Position numbers and translations under genes: made by a program. From Acutalibacteraceae bacterium (GTDB lineage: Bacteria > Bacillota > Clostridia > Oscillospirales > Acutalibacteraceae): a DNA stretch of 64,000 nucleotides. Numbering within the stretch: position 1 is the stretch's first letter; every line of letters starts with the position of its first letter. The stretch covers positions 58-64,057 of the forward strand of contig JAZNGF010000035.1 of assembly GCA_045576295.1 (NCBI GenBank). Direction: 5' to 3'. The notes under the pieces are model-generated. The model was given only the letters and a program-made list of their open reading frames with translations. It was not told the DNA's origin and did not search any database. This document shows positions 46,525 to 56,080 of the stretch, piece by piece.

Positions 46525-47476
46525 GATTTACTATTTTTGTTAATGTTTCATTGTTGCTGGCTAAAAGCGCATGTGTTTCGTTTTCTATATTAACTAAACG
46601 GCAACCGCTGTATTTTTCGGCAAACTTATAATGAAGTTCATTGTTTACCACTGTATCATTTCCGGCCGAAATTAAAAGAATGGGCGTTTTTATATTATTT
46701 ATAACCTTTTTACTTAAAATTTTGCGGCCGATATTAATGGAATTATCGGTCCAGCTAAAACTCATTGGGGTTGACCTGTAGTTGAGGTTATCTATTCTCA
46801 TTTTAAGGTTATATTCAAACCTTACCCTGCTTGAACCGTGAGATTCCTTATACTGCACATTAGGGTTAAACTCGTGAGATAACGGGAATTTTTTTTTCTT
46901 ACCTAAAAACAGTTTGCCCATTTTAACGCCACCGCGTGCTATCGGCATGGGAACACAATCAACTATTGGCTCGAACATAGGTGCCGCAAGAACTGCACGT
47001 TTTATTTTGTTTGGGTGTTGCGATAAATAGAATGTGCTTATTGCGCCACCCATTGAATGTGAATATAAATATAGCGGCTTGTCTTCGGTTTTTAGAACAA
47101 TGTCATCAACAAACTGCGCCAAATCGCGAACGTAGTCGTTAAATTTATCAACGTGAAGCAAATCCATTTCCTTGGTTAATCTTCCCGAAAGGCCATGGCA
47201 ACGCTGATCGTAAATAAACACATTAAACCCGCGGTTTAAAAGGTAATAGGCAAACTCATAAAACTTTTTTGTGAATTCGCTTAGCCCGTGAACTATAACA
47301 ACCGAGGCTGTGCTGTTTTCGGCCAAAAAGTATTCGTAATACATATTAGTACCGTCAAAAGCCTTAAAGTTTCCGCTAACCTTAATTTCTTCGAGCTTTT
47401 GCTCAATATCTTTAATGGCTGTAGGAAACTCCTCTTCGGGAATAACACTGAACTTGTAACTGGGAATAAACTTCAT
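46499..47476 (-). CDS. Alpha/beta hydrolase (lysophospholipase/monoacylglycerol-lipase-like)
   Basis: HGLSEF oxyanion region and nucleophile elbow SHSMGG. The 3' end overlaps the convergent gene by 26 nt. Confidence 0.8.
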   Translation of the reverse strand: MKFIPSYKFSVIPEEEFPTAIKDIEQKLEEIKVSGNFKAFDGTNMYYEYFLAENSTASVVIVHGLSEFTKKFYEFAYYLLNRGFNVFIYDQRCHGLSGRLTKEMDLLHVDKFNDYVRDLAQFVDDIVLKTEDKPLYLYSHSMGGAISTFYLSQHPNKIKRAVLAAPMFEPIVDCVPMPIARGGVKMGKLFLGKKKKFPLSHEFNPNVQYKESHGSSRVRFEYNLKMRIDNLNYRSTPMSFSWTDNSINIGRKILSKKVINNIKTPILLISAGNDTVVNNELHYKFAEKYSGCRLVNIENETHALLASNNETLTKIVNLTFDFYSK

Positions 47477-47519
47477 TTTTCTCTCCTTTGCTTAAAAAAA
47501 CAAAAAAATGGTGATAATA

Positions 47520-48464
47520 ATGATATCAAACAAAAAAATTAAAAAGGTACTGATAACCATTATTATTGCTGTTTTATTATTTACCGCCGTTTCATTTACC
47601 GCAACAAAAATTATATACGATAACATTTTTTCGCGTTATGATTGCGGCGTAACTTCTTATTCAAGCGAGCTTGAACAAACCGTTGCCCTGCGCAAAAGTG
47701 TGAGCTACCCTTCGGGCGAAAACACCCTTTTAGCTTATTTATACGAAAGCACCGCCGAAAACCGTAAAGACACGCTTATTGTGTTAGCGCCGGGGCACAA
47801 CGCCTGCTCTGACAGTTATTTGTGGCAAATACAAGAGCTTTTGGCCTATGGATGGTCGGTTTTTGCTTTTGATGCAACCGGTTGCTGCCGCTCGGGCGGC
47901 GATTCATCGGTTGGGTTTCCGCAAGAGGTGCTTGATTTAAAATCTACACTTGAATATCTTGAAAAAAACAATAAATTGAATTATAATAATATTGCCCTGC
48001 TTGGGCATAGCTGCGGCGGATATGCGGCCTGTTGCAGCCTTGCCTACGGTTATGATGTTGCGGCCGTTGTTTCGGTTAGCGGCATTAACAGCGCAATGGA
48101 GGGCGTTATTGGCACAAGCACACAGTATGTTGGCAACTTGGCCTACGGTAATTACGGGTTTTTGTGGCTCTATCAAGCCATGCTGTTTGGAAGCAGCACC
48201 GTAAACCTTCGCGCCGATAAGGTTTTATCATCAACCGATGTTCCCGTTTTACTTATACACGGTGAAGGCGATAAACAGGTTCCAATTGATAAATATTCTA
48301 TTATTTCGCATAAAGCCGAAATAAAGAATAAAAACGCTGAGTATTTTGTGCGTAATTCGCCCGATAATTCAGGGCATACAAACCTACTTTTTTCAAAAGA
48401 CGGCACAGCCGACGATGAAGTGATTGAGAAGATTAATGATTTTTTAATAAAAAACATTAAATAG
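47520..48464 (+). CDS. Membrane-anchored alpha/beta hydrolase
   Basis: N-terminal TM helix and nucleophile elbow GHSCGG. ATG 47520 is preferred (GGTGA RBS). Confidence 0.75.
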   Translation: MISNKKIKKVLITIIIAVLLFTAVSFTATKIIYDNIFSRYDCGVTSYSSELEQTVALRKSVSYPSGENTLLAYLYESTAENRKDTLIVLAPGHNACSDSYLWQIQELLAYGWSVFAFDATGCCRSGGDSSVGFPQEVLDLKSTLEYLEKNNKLNYNNIALLGHSCGGYAACCSLAYGYDVAAVVSVSGINSAMEGVIGTSTQYVGNLAYGNYGFLWLYQAMLFGSSTVNLRADKVLSSTDVPVLLIHGEGDKQVPIDKYSIISHKAEIKNKNAEYFVRNSPDNSGHTNLLFSKDGTADDEVIEKINDFLIKNIK

Positions 48465-48481
48465 GGATGGAGGGGCCCCTA

Positions 48482-49504
48482 ATGGATGTGATTCTGATAC
48501 CGGCGTATGAGCCCGGCGAAGAACTAATTGGGCTTGTTAACGAGCTTAGAAAAAATGATTTTGAAATAGTTGTGGTTAACGACGGCAGCGGAAAAGACTA
48601 TACCCATATTTTTGAAGCTGTAAGCGTTAGCGCACATATAGTAACACTTGAAACCAACAGCGGCAAAGGCGCGGCACTGAAAGCCGGCATGCGCTATATA
48701 AAAGATAGCCTTCCTGAATGCGAAAACTTTATAACCTGCGATGCCGACGGCCAGCACCTGCCAAAAGATGTTGTTCGCGTTAGCGAGCAACTACATAAAG
48801 GAAGCAAGTTTGTTTTAACCGTTAGGCAGCGAAAAGGTAAAATCCCGCTACGCTCACGATTCGGCAACGACCTTTCGAAGTTTGTTTACACATTGCTAAC
48901 CAACCGCTATTTATCAGATAATCAATCGGGGCTTCGCGGTTTTGCCCGCAGCAACCTTGATTGGCTTATAAAGGTTGAAAAAAACAACTACGATTATGAA
49001 ATGAACGTTTTATATTATGCCGCTAAAATGGGGCTTAAAATCACAACACTTACTATCGATGCCATATACATTGAAAACAACGCTTCATCACACTTCAACC
49101 CCATTGGAGATACACTTAAAATTTATAAAAGCCTGTTTTCATTAGCGCGCGCAACATTTCTTTCGCTTTTAACGGCCGAGCTTTTAATACTTATTGCATC
49201 ACTGTTTTTAAATAACCGTTACATAAACATCGTTATTCCATCGGTTGGTGCGATTTCGTTGTTTACCTATATTATACTTAATAAATTTGTTTTCTTTAAG
49301 CATATATCGGTGGGCGAATACCTTACCACCACAGGGTATACAATAATTTATTATTTTGTATACACACTGCTTTGCCATTTATGCACGTTTATATTCCCTA
49401 ACATTTCACTGTTTATTAACTTCAATCTGGTGTTTTTAATTTGCTTGCCGTTAAGGTATTTCTTGCACCAGCTATTATTTATAGCATCTGTAACAAGAGA
49501 ATAA
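48482..49504 (+). CDS. Family-2 glycosyltransferase fused to a C-terminal polytopic membrane domain
   Basis: GT-A N-terminus (ILIPAYEP, VVVNDGS, CDADGQH). The C-terminal ~120 aa are hydrophobic and GtrA-like. ATG 48482 lies behind GGAGGGG. Confidence 0.8.
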   Translation: MDVILIPAYEPGEELIGLVNELRKNDFEIVVVNDGSGKDYTHIFEAVSVSAHIVTLETNSGKGAALKAGMRYIKDSLPECENFITCDADGQHLPKDVVRVSEQLHKGSKFVLTVRQRKGKIPLRSRFGNDLSKFVYTLLTNRYLSDNQSGLRGFARSNLDWLIKVEKNNYDYEMNVLYYAAKMGLKITTLTIDAIYIENNASSHFNPIGDTLKIYKSLFSLARATFLSLLTAELLILIASLFLNNRYINIVIPSVGAISLFTYIILNKFVFFKHISVGEYLTTTGYTIIYYFVYTLLCHLCTFIFPNISLFINFNLVFLICLPLRYFLHQLLFIASVTRE

Positions 49505-49510
49505 TAATAT

Positions 49511-49546
49511 AAAGACAAACTTAAAACGTTTGTCTTTATTTTTTTA
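49511..49546. terminator. Bidirectional terminator between the GT2 gene and plsX
   Basis: AAAGACAAAC-ttaaaac-GTTTGTCTTT followed by ATTTTTTT. Confidence 0.8.
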
Positions 49547-50521
49547 GTTCGATAATATATTTGACATTTCGGCAGAAAAACCTGCCTTTTCTAAGCGCAA
49601 AATCTGCTCAACCGATGCAAAGGTTGTATCGGCATTTGCGCAGCCGTGCATTTTAACAACAATTTTTTTAGTACCTAAAAATGTTGCCGCACCGCGAGAA
49701 TTGAAATCGAAAAAGCCGAGCAAGGCTGCCCTTGCCTTTTGGATAAGCTCGGGGTGGCCGCTTAACACGCTTTCAACAATTTCTAATGCTTTTTTGCCCG
49801 AGGCTTCGGTGTTTTTAAGAAGTATATTGCCCGAAAAACCATCGGTAACTACAACATCGGCATAGCTCGAAACCATATCGCTGCCCTCAAGGTTGCCTAT
49901 AAAGTTAATATCAAGCTCCTTAAGTTTGCCAAAGGCTTCGGTTGTTAAGGCGTTGCCTTTTGAATCTTCCCGCCCTACCGACATCAAACCAATGCGGGGG
50001 CTTTCTATCCCACAATAGCATTTTGCAAAAACATGGCCCATTTTTGCAAAGCGCACCAAATCGTTAGCGGTGCAATCAATTACTGCTCCGCAATCAACAA
50101 GGCAAAGAAGATTATCTTCTTTGCAGGGAAGCGCACTGCAAAGAGAGGGGAATTTAACCGAAGGCAAAAGCCCTAAACGGCAGATTGACCCAACAAGCAC
50201 AGCACCTGTGTTTCCTGCCGAAAGCATTGCAATGCAGTCGCTGTCTTCTTTAAGTTTTTTATATGCCAAGGCAATTGAGCTTTCGTCTCTTCCACCAAAT
50301 ATAACCGTTGCGGGTTCGTTGTTGGTTATAAAATCGGTTGTGTGGATGATTTCATACCTGCTTTGCGAAATGCCGCAAGCATCCATTCCCTGCTTTATAA
50401 GTTCGCTATCGCCAACCATTACAGGGAAAATATCAAGCTCTTTCACAGCTTTTGCAATGCCTGTAATCACCACGTCGGTGCCGGCATCTGCACCATAAAT
50501 ATCAACAACAATTTTTTTCAT
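49544..50521 (-). CDS. plsX: Phosphate acyltransferase PlsX
   Basis: Internal start MKKIVVDIYGADAG. The PlsX pattern is present throughout (SAGNTGA, VVKMHGCANA). Confidence 0.92.
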   Translation of the reverse strand: MKKIVVDIYGADAGTDVVITGIAKAVKELDIFPVMVGDSELIKQGMDACGISQSRYEIIHTTDFITNNEPATVIFGGRDESSIALAYKKLKEDSDCIAMLSAGNTGAVLVGSICRLGLLPSVKFPSLCSALPCKEDNLLCLVDCGAVIDCTANDLVRFAKMGHVFAKCYCGIESPRIGLMSVGREDSKGNALTTEAFGKLKELDINFIGNLEGSDMVSSYADVVVTDGFSGNILLKNTEASGKKALEIVESVLSGHPELIQKARAALLGFFDFNSRGAATFLGTKKIVVKMHGCANADTTFASVEQILRLEKAGFSAEMSNILSN

Positions 50522-50528
50522 ACGGCAC

Positions 50529-52160
50529 CTATTCCATAGAAATAATATAATCGTATATGTCTTGCTTGCCTTCGATAAACCCAACATCAGTAAGCGGGTA
50601 TTCGTTTTCAATGTGTTCTTTTAAACTATCTGCTTCTTGTTCACTAACATTTTTGCCATAGAAAACAATTATAACCGCCTTTTCATCTTCAGCCATAATT
50701 TGGTCAATCAAATTGGTTGCGGCTTCAAATCTATCACTGCAAGAAAGCAAAATATCTTTGTTTTTAATACCTAAATATTCGCCCTGTTTAATTTCAACAT
50801 CGCCAATATTAGCATCTCTTGTTGCGGTGGTAACGCTGGCAGAAACAACCGTTTCAAGCCCTGAAGACATATCTTCAATAAGGGTTTCAACGCTGTCGCT
50901 CCAAAGGTCCATCATTGAAATGGCACTGTAGCCCTCAACAATTGATTTTGTTGGTATAACGTGAACAGGGGTGTCTTTATAAATTTGAGCAACCTGATTA
51001 GCGGTTAAAATAATATTAGAATTATTCGGAAGCAACACAATATGCTCGGCTTCGAATGCTTCAAATGCTTTTAAGAAATCCTCAACCGAGGGGTTGTTGG
51101 TTTGGCCGCCGTTAATAACCGCGGTTGCACCAATGCTGTAAAAGTAATCAATGATTCCCTCACCCGAAGCCACGGTTACAATTGCATATTTAACCTTTTC
51201 TTTTTTAACTTCGGTTTGAATTTCGCTATGCTGAACCGACATATTTTCTATTTTTAAGGTAACAAATTCGCCATAATTTCTGGCATAGGCCAACACCTTT
51301 TCGGGTGTGAAGGTGTGAATATGTACCTTTACGATTCCGCCGCTTACTGCTGCTACAATCGAATCGCCCATGGCCTCAAGCGGTTTTACAAAATCGTCTC
51401 TTGAAAAGGCGCTAATATCGGTTTTGGCATTCATTAATTGAAGTATGAATTCTGTGCAATAGCCGTATTCCATAACACTATCGGGCCCGAAGTTTGCGCT
51501 GCCATTCGGCTTGAAGGCCGAAAAATCAATCTCGCCAACATCTTCGATTGAAACACCGCAAAAATATGCATGCATACCCTCAAAAAAGCAGATAAAACCT
51601 GCCGCACCGCTATCAACTACTCCCGCTTCTTTTAAAACGGGTAGCATATCGGGTGTTCTTGCAAGGGTGTCTTTCATACATTTAATTAGCGCTTCTATCC
51701 CCGATTTAAAATCGTCATATTTATTGGCATTATTATCTAAAAACTCGGCAGCTTCACGAATAACGGTTAATATTGTTCCTTCGGTTGGCGTAATGATCGA
51801 CTTATATGCGTCTTCCTTAGCGCATTCGAACGAAAGCTTTAAATCGTTAAAGCAAATTTTATCTTTGCCTTCCAATCCTCGCGCAAGCCCACCAACAAAC
51901 TGCGAAAATATAACACCGGAATTTCCCCTGGCGCTAAGCAAAACGGCCTGCGAAAGCTCCCTCATATATTCACCAACATTATTTTGCGGTGTAACAGAAG
52001 CAAGGCCGCCGCCAAAGGTGTGAACCATGTTTGTTCCCGTGTCTCCATCCGGAACGGGGAATACATTCAGGTCGTTAATTGCCGACATATTCTTTTTAAG
52101 GTTTCGATATCCAACGGTAAATATGTAATTAAGCGTTATACCGTCAATATAGTTTTGCAT
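50529..52160 (-). CDS. fakA: Fatty acid kinase catalytic subunit (DAK2/DhaL-domain protein, YloV/FakA type)
   Basis: A 543-aa ORF with the DhaL motif (NVFPVPDGDTGTNM) and the FakA-type length and architecture. It ends 7 nt before plsX. Confidence 0.85.
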   Translation of the reverse strand: MQNYIDGITLNYIFTVGYRNLKKNMSAINDLNVFPVPDGDTGTNMVHTFGGGLASVTPQNNVGEYMRELSQAVLLSARGNSGVIFSQFVGGLARGLEGKDKICFNDLKLSFECAKEDAYKSIITPTEGTILTVIREAAEFLDNNANKYDDFKSGIEALIKCMKDTLARTPDMLPVLKEAGVVDSGAAGFICFFEGMHAYFCGVSIEDVGEIDFSAFKPNGSANFGPDSVMEYGYCTEFILQLMNAKTDISAFSRDDFVKPLEAMGDSIVAAVSGGIVKVHIHTFTPEKVLAYARNYGEFVTLKIENMSVQHSEIQTEVKKEKVKYAIVTVASGEGIIDYFYSIGATAVINGGQTNNPSVEDFLKAFEAFEAEHIVLLPNNSNIILTANQVAQIYKDTPVHVIPTKSIVEGYSAISMMDLWSDSVETLIEDMSSGLETVVSASVTTATRDANIGDVEIKQGEYLGIKNKDILLSCSDRFEAATNLIDQIMAEDEKAVIIVFYGKNVSEQEADSLKEHIENEYPLTDVGFIEGKQDIYDYIISME

Positions 52161-52163
52161 TGA

Positions 52164-53051
52164 TTACTCAATCCCTTCAATAGTAACTTCCTTACCGAAA
52201 GTAAACGCAATAACAGTGCCCGGTCCAACAGATGCACCAACGATTGGGCCTATGTAGCCTAATATAACCTCTTTAAATTCTGCCCTTTTTAATATTTCAT
52301 CACGAAGAAGCAATGCTTCATCTAAGCAATCTGCGTGGGCAATTAAAAGTGTGTCGTAAACGCCGTTAGCCGCTTCAACAACATCTTCTGCAATTGCGGC
52401 ACGGGCCTTTGCAGTGCCCTTAACCTTTTTATATGCAAAATTTTGGCCTTTAATATCTGAAATGATGATTGGTTTAACGCCAAAAAGGTTGCCGAAAAAG
52501 GCTTTTGAAGCCTTAATTCTTCCTGCACGGCGAAGGTATTCCATAGAATCAACAGTGCCGAACTGGTTAACCTTTAAGCGAATATCTTCAATGTATTTTG
52601 CAGTTTCTGTAACGCTTAATCCCTTAGCGCGCTGCTTTGAAGCCTCAATTAACAAATAACCTTGGCCAAGCGAGCTGATAAGAGAGTCAACACAGCAAAT
52701 TTCAGCTTCGGGGAATTCTTTTTTAAGTTCTTTTGCAACTATAATTCCGGTGTTGATAGAGGCAGAAAGCGCCGATGAACAAGAAATGTAAAGTATATCT
52801 TTGCCTTCCTCTAATGCCGCTTTGAAGCTTTCGTAATACACATTTTGGGGAACCTGGTTTGTGAACACGCGCTTTCCGGCACGCATAATATCGTAATGCT
52901 CTTTAACGCTAAAGGTTTCCCAATCGAGCGATGCAACATATTCTTTATCGTCTATCGAAAAGTTCATTGCAACATAGTCTATACCGTATTTTTCACGTAG
53001 CTCTTTATCTAAATCGCAGGTTGAATCACCAAAAATAACAAATTCTCTCAT
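52164..53051 (-). CDS. DegV-family fatty-acid-binding protein (FakB type)
   Basis: A 295-aa ORF with the DegV N-terminal motif (VIFGDSTCDL) and a C-terminal GPGTVIAF. Confidence 0.88.
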   Translation of the reverse strand: MREFVIFGDSTCDLDKELREKYGIDYVAMNFSIDDKEYVASLDWETFSVKEHYDIMRAGKRVFTNQVPQNVYYESFKAALEEGKDILYISCSSALSASINTGIIVAKELKKEFPEAEICCVDSLISSLGQGYLLIEASKQRAKGLSVTETAKYIEDIRLKVNQFGTVDSMEYLRRAGRIKASKAFFGNLFGVKPIIISDIKGQNFAYKKVKGTAKARAAIAEDVVEAANGVYDTLLIAHADCLDEALLLRDEILKRAEFKEVILGYIGPIVGASVGPGTVIAFTFGKEVTIEGIE

Positions 53052-53066
53052 AATGTTCTCCTCACC

Positions 53067-54002
53067 TTATTGGTTGTTAATTATTTCTTCCATTATTGCC
53101 TTTTCATTAGCCATATCTTCACTTATTTCTTCGCCCCAATAAAATGCCGCACAGAGCCCCGGGCCAACCGAAACACCGCAAGACATTCCAACGTGGTTAA
53201 TAATAACCTCTTTCGGGTTGAATTCTTTAATAATCATATCGCGCAAAACCTCTGCCGCTGCAGGGCGGTTAGAATGGGCAACGAACATAATTTGCTCGCT
53301 TGGGTTTTTAACTGTTTTGCGCATATATTTAATAACTGCATCAAATGCAGCCTTTTTGCCCTTGAACTTGCCAAGCACTTCGGCCAAGCCTTTGCGGTTA
53401 AAGTCGGCCATTGGGTTAATGCCAACCAGTGTGCCGAAAAAGGCCTTGAAGTTTGAAATTCTGCCTGTTTTGCAAAGGAAGAATAAATCATCCATAGGGC
53501 CAATTTGGTGTAACTTATGCTTGTTAGCTTCAATGTAATCGGCAGTTTCTTGGAGTGTTAAACCTTCGCCCCTTTTAAGCGCCGCTTCTATAACAAGCAT
53601 TGATAATGCTGTTGAATAACGCATTGAATCTATGCAAATGATTTTTCTTTCAGGGTATTTTTCAAGAAGTTGGTTTTTAACCATTTCGCAGGTTTGGAAT
53701 GTGGCCGAAAGAGCCGATGATAATGTTATACACAAAATATCCTTTCCTGCCATAAGCTGTTTTTCAAAAACATTAATAATATCGCCCGTTGGCGCGCAAG
53801 AGGTTTTGTATTGCACCTTTTTATCTTTCATTGATTCGTAGAAATCTTTTGGGTTGTATTTTTCCCAGTCGAGGTCAGACTTTTCGCATCTTCCATCGGG
53901 GAAATACACAAGCCCGCTAATATAGTCATCAATTCCAAACCTTTCCCTTAAGGGTTTAGTAAGGTCGCAAGATGTATCAGGTATAATTGCAAAATTCGGC
54001 AT
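53067..54002 (-). CDS. DegV-family fatty-acid-binding protein (FakB type), second paralog
   Basis: ATG at 54002, giving MPNFAIIPDTSCDL. DegV fold motifs and a C-terminal GPGLCAAF. Confidence 0.88.
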   Translation of the reverse strand: MPNFAIIPDTSCDLTKPLRERFGIDDYISGLVYFPDGRCEKSDLDWEKYNPKDFYESMKDKKVQYKTSCAPTGDIINVFEKQLMAGKDILCITLSSALSATFQTCEMVKNQLLEKYPERKIICIDSMRYSTALSMLVIEAALKRGEGLTLQETADYIEANKHKLHQIGPMDDLFFLCKTGRISNFKAFFGTLVGINPMADFNRKGLAEVLGKFKGKKAAFDAVIKYMRKTVKNPSEQIMFVAHSNRPAAAEVLRDMIIKEFNPKEVIINHVGMSCGVSVGPGLCAAFYWGEEISEDMANEKAIMEEIINNQ

Positions 54003-54152
54003 AACTATCCTCCAATAATACATTAAAAAATAAACATATATTACAGTTTATCACTATTTCGCTAATTTTTCAACATTTTTTAAATAAAATTGATGAAATT
54101 CCAAAAATTATGTGTTATAATAATTTGGATTATTTTTGTCTTGGAGGATTTT

Positions 54153-55109
54153 ATGAACCCATTCCTAATTGTTCTTTTAATTATATTAGGTCTGCTTTTA
54201 GGCGGCCTTGGGTTTATGTTAATATACACCTACCCTATTTCAAAAAAGGTGTATCACACCCAGCTTGTTAGAACAAGCAACGAAAAGTGGGGCCGCGTGT
54301 GCTCTGCGCCCGAAAACGAAGAACAACTTGCAATGTGGAATGCAGGGCTTGAATGGGCAAACGAAAACCGCAGCTTTTCATCAGAGGTTCATATCGAGAA
54401 CGATGGTTTCAACCTTTACGGTGAATACTTTGATTTTGGCGCTAAACGCTGCATTATAATAATTCCGGGCAGGTGCGAAAGCCTTATATATTCGTATTAT
54501 TTTGCACCACCATACAAACAGGCGGGCTTTAATGTTCTGGTGATTGACACAAGGTGCCACGGAAAAAGCGACGGCACCTACAACACAATCGGCGTTAAAG
54601 AATCAAGAGATGTAATTGCTTGGTCGAGATTTGCTAAAGAGCAGCTTGGCAACGAGCAGGTTTGGTACCACGGGATATGCATTGGCACTGCTTCGGCCAT
54701 TTTTGCCCTAACCGATAAAACCTGCCCCGATTATGTAAAAGGGTTTGTAACCGAAGGTTGTTTTGTTTCATTTCGCGAAACATTTAAACGCCACATGATT
54801 GCCGACAAGCGCCCGTTGTTCCCGGTTTTAGACCTTGTAATGCTGCACATAAACCGCTATACGGGCACAAATGTTTATAAAGATACACCCATATCGGCAA
54901 TGAAGAAAATTAAAAAAGACTCACGCGCGCTGTTCCTTTACGGCGAAAAAGATATTTTCTCATTACCCGAAAAATCGCAAAAACTGTTTGATGCCTGCGA
55001 AGCATCAGATAAAAAACTTGTTTGGTTTTCAAAGGGCGGTCACTCGCACCTTAGAATAAACAACACCCAAGAGTACGACAACGCTATTATTAATTTTTTC
55101 AAGGAATAG
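54153..55109 (+). CDS. Membrane-anchored alpha/beta hydrolase
   Basis: ATG at 54153 behind GGAGG. N-terminal TM helix and the nucleophile-elbow-like GICIGTAS. Confidence 0.7.
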   Translation: MNPFLIVLLIILGLLLGGLGFMLIYTYPISKKVYHTQLVRTSNEKWGRVCSAPENEEQLAMWNAGLEWANENRSFSSEVHIENDGFNLYGEYFDFGAKRCIIIIPGRCESLIYSYYFAPPYKQAGFNVLVIDTRCHGKSDGTYNTIGVKESRDVIAWSRFAKEQLGNEQVWYHGICIGTASAIFALTDKTCPDYVKGFVTEGCFVSFRETFKRHMIADKRPLFPVLDLVMLHINRYTGTNVYKDTPISAMKKIKKDSRALFLYGEKDIFSLPEKSQKLFDACEASDKKLVWFSKGGHSHLRINNTQEYDNAIINFFKE

Positions 55110-55112
55110 ATT

Positions 55113-55985
55113 ATGCTTAAAAAGAAATACGCTGTTTTAACAATGGATGTAGAATCGTTCACCGATACCGAATGTGTTGCAAATTCGGCCCATGACGTTG
55201 ATGTTGACCTTTTAGACGGTTTCGATGAATACATTAAAATACTTGATAAACACAATATTAAAAGCACCCTTTTCACGGTTGGCTCACTTGCGCCTAAAAT
55301 GATTAGCAAGCTTAAAAGCTGCATTAAAAACGGGCACAAGCTTGCTTTGCACAATTACGAGCATATAGCACCGCTTGATGTTAGCCCCGAAACCTTTAAA
55401 ACCGAAATTTCAAAGGCGAAAGATAATTTATCAAACCTCTTTGGCACCGAAATTTCAGGGTTTCGTGCGCCTTTTTTCAGCCTTGATAACCAAAGGCTTA
55501 ACATTCTTAAGGAATTAGGCTTTAAATACGATTCAAGCCACCTTGATTTTACAAAAGCGCGGCACACCGTTAAGCTTGATATGAACGGCTTTAAAAGCAT
55601 TTCAAAAAGCATTTTTTACGACGGCGATTTTTTCGAATTCGGGCTTTCAAAGCATAAGATTTTTGGTGTTCCCTTTCCTATTTCGGGTGGGGGGTATGTT
55701 CGCCTTAACAACTGGCCGTTTATTAAAAGCGTTATTAAACAATATTTGCAGCATAATGATTTTTATGTTTTTTATTTGCACCCGTTTGAACTCACAAACC
55801 AAAAGGTTCCAACCCTGAAAGATTTAAAACTGCACGACCAATATTATTTAAAATATGGAATTAAAAGCTACGGCAAGCATATTGAACAGCTTATTTTAAT
55901 GCTTAAAAAATTAGGCTACAGTTTTATAACCTTTGAAGAACTTTTTGAAAAATTAAATAAAGATGTAAAGCTCGCCAAATGTTAA
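55113..55985 (+). CDS. Polysaccharide deacetylase (CE4) family protein
   Basis: A 290-aa ORF with NodB-like motifs (TMDVESF, HNYEH, FRAPFF). Confidence 0.75.
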   Translation: MLKKKYAVLTMDVESFTDTECVANSAHDVDVDLLDGFDEYIKILDKHNIKSTLFTVGSLAPKMISKLKSCIKNGHKLALHNYEHIAPLDVSPETFKTEISKAKDNLSNLFGTEISGFRAPFFSLDNQRLNILKELGFKYDSSHLDFTKARHTVKLDMNGFKSISKSIFYDGDFFEFGLSKHKIFGVPFPISGGGYVRLNNWPFIKSVIKQYLQHNDFYVFYLHPFELTNQKVPTLKDLKLHDQYYLKYGIKSYGKHIEQLILMLKKLGYSFITFEELFEKLNKDVKLAKC

Positions 55986-56080
55986 TTGGCGAGCTTTTTA
56001 ATCAGCACGGTATTAGGCTACAACAAAAATCTGCCGCTTCAAAACTAAGTGAAGCGGCAGATTTTACATTTTAAAAACAA

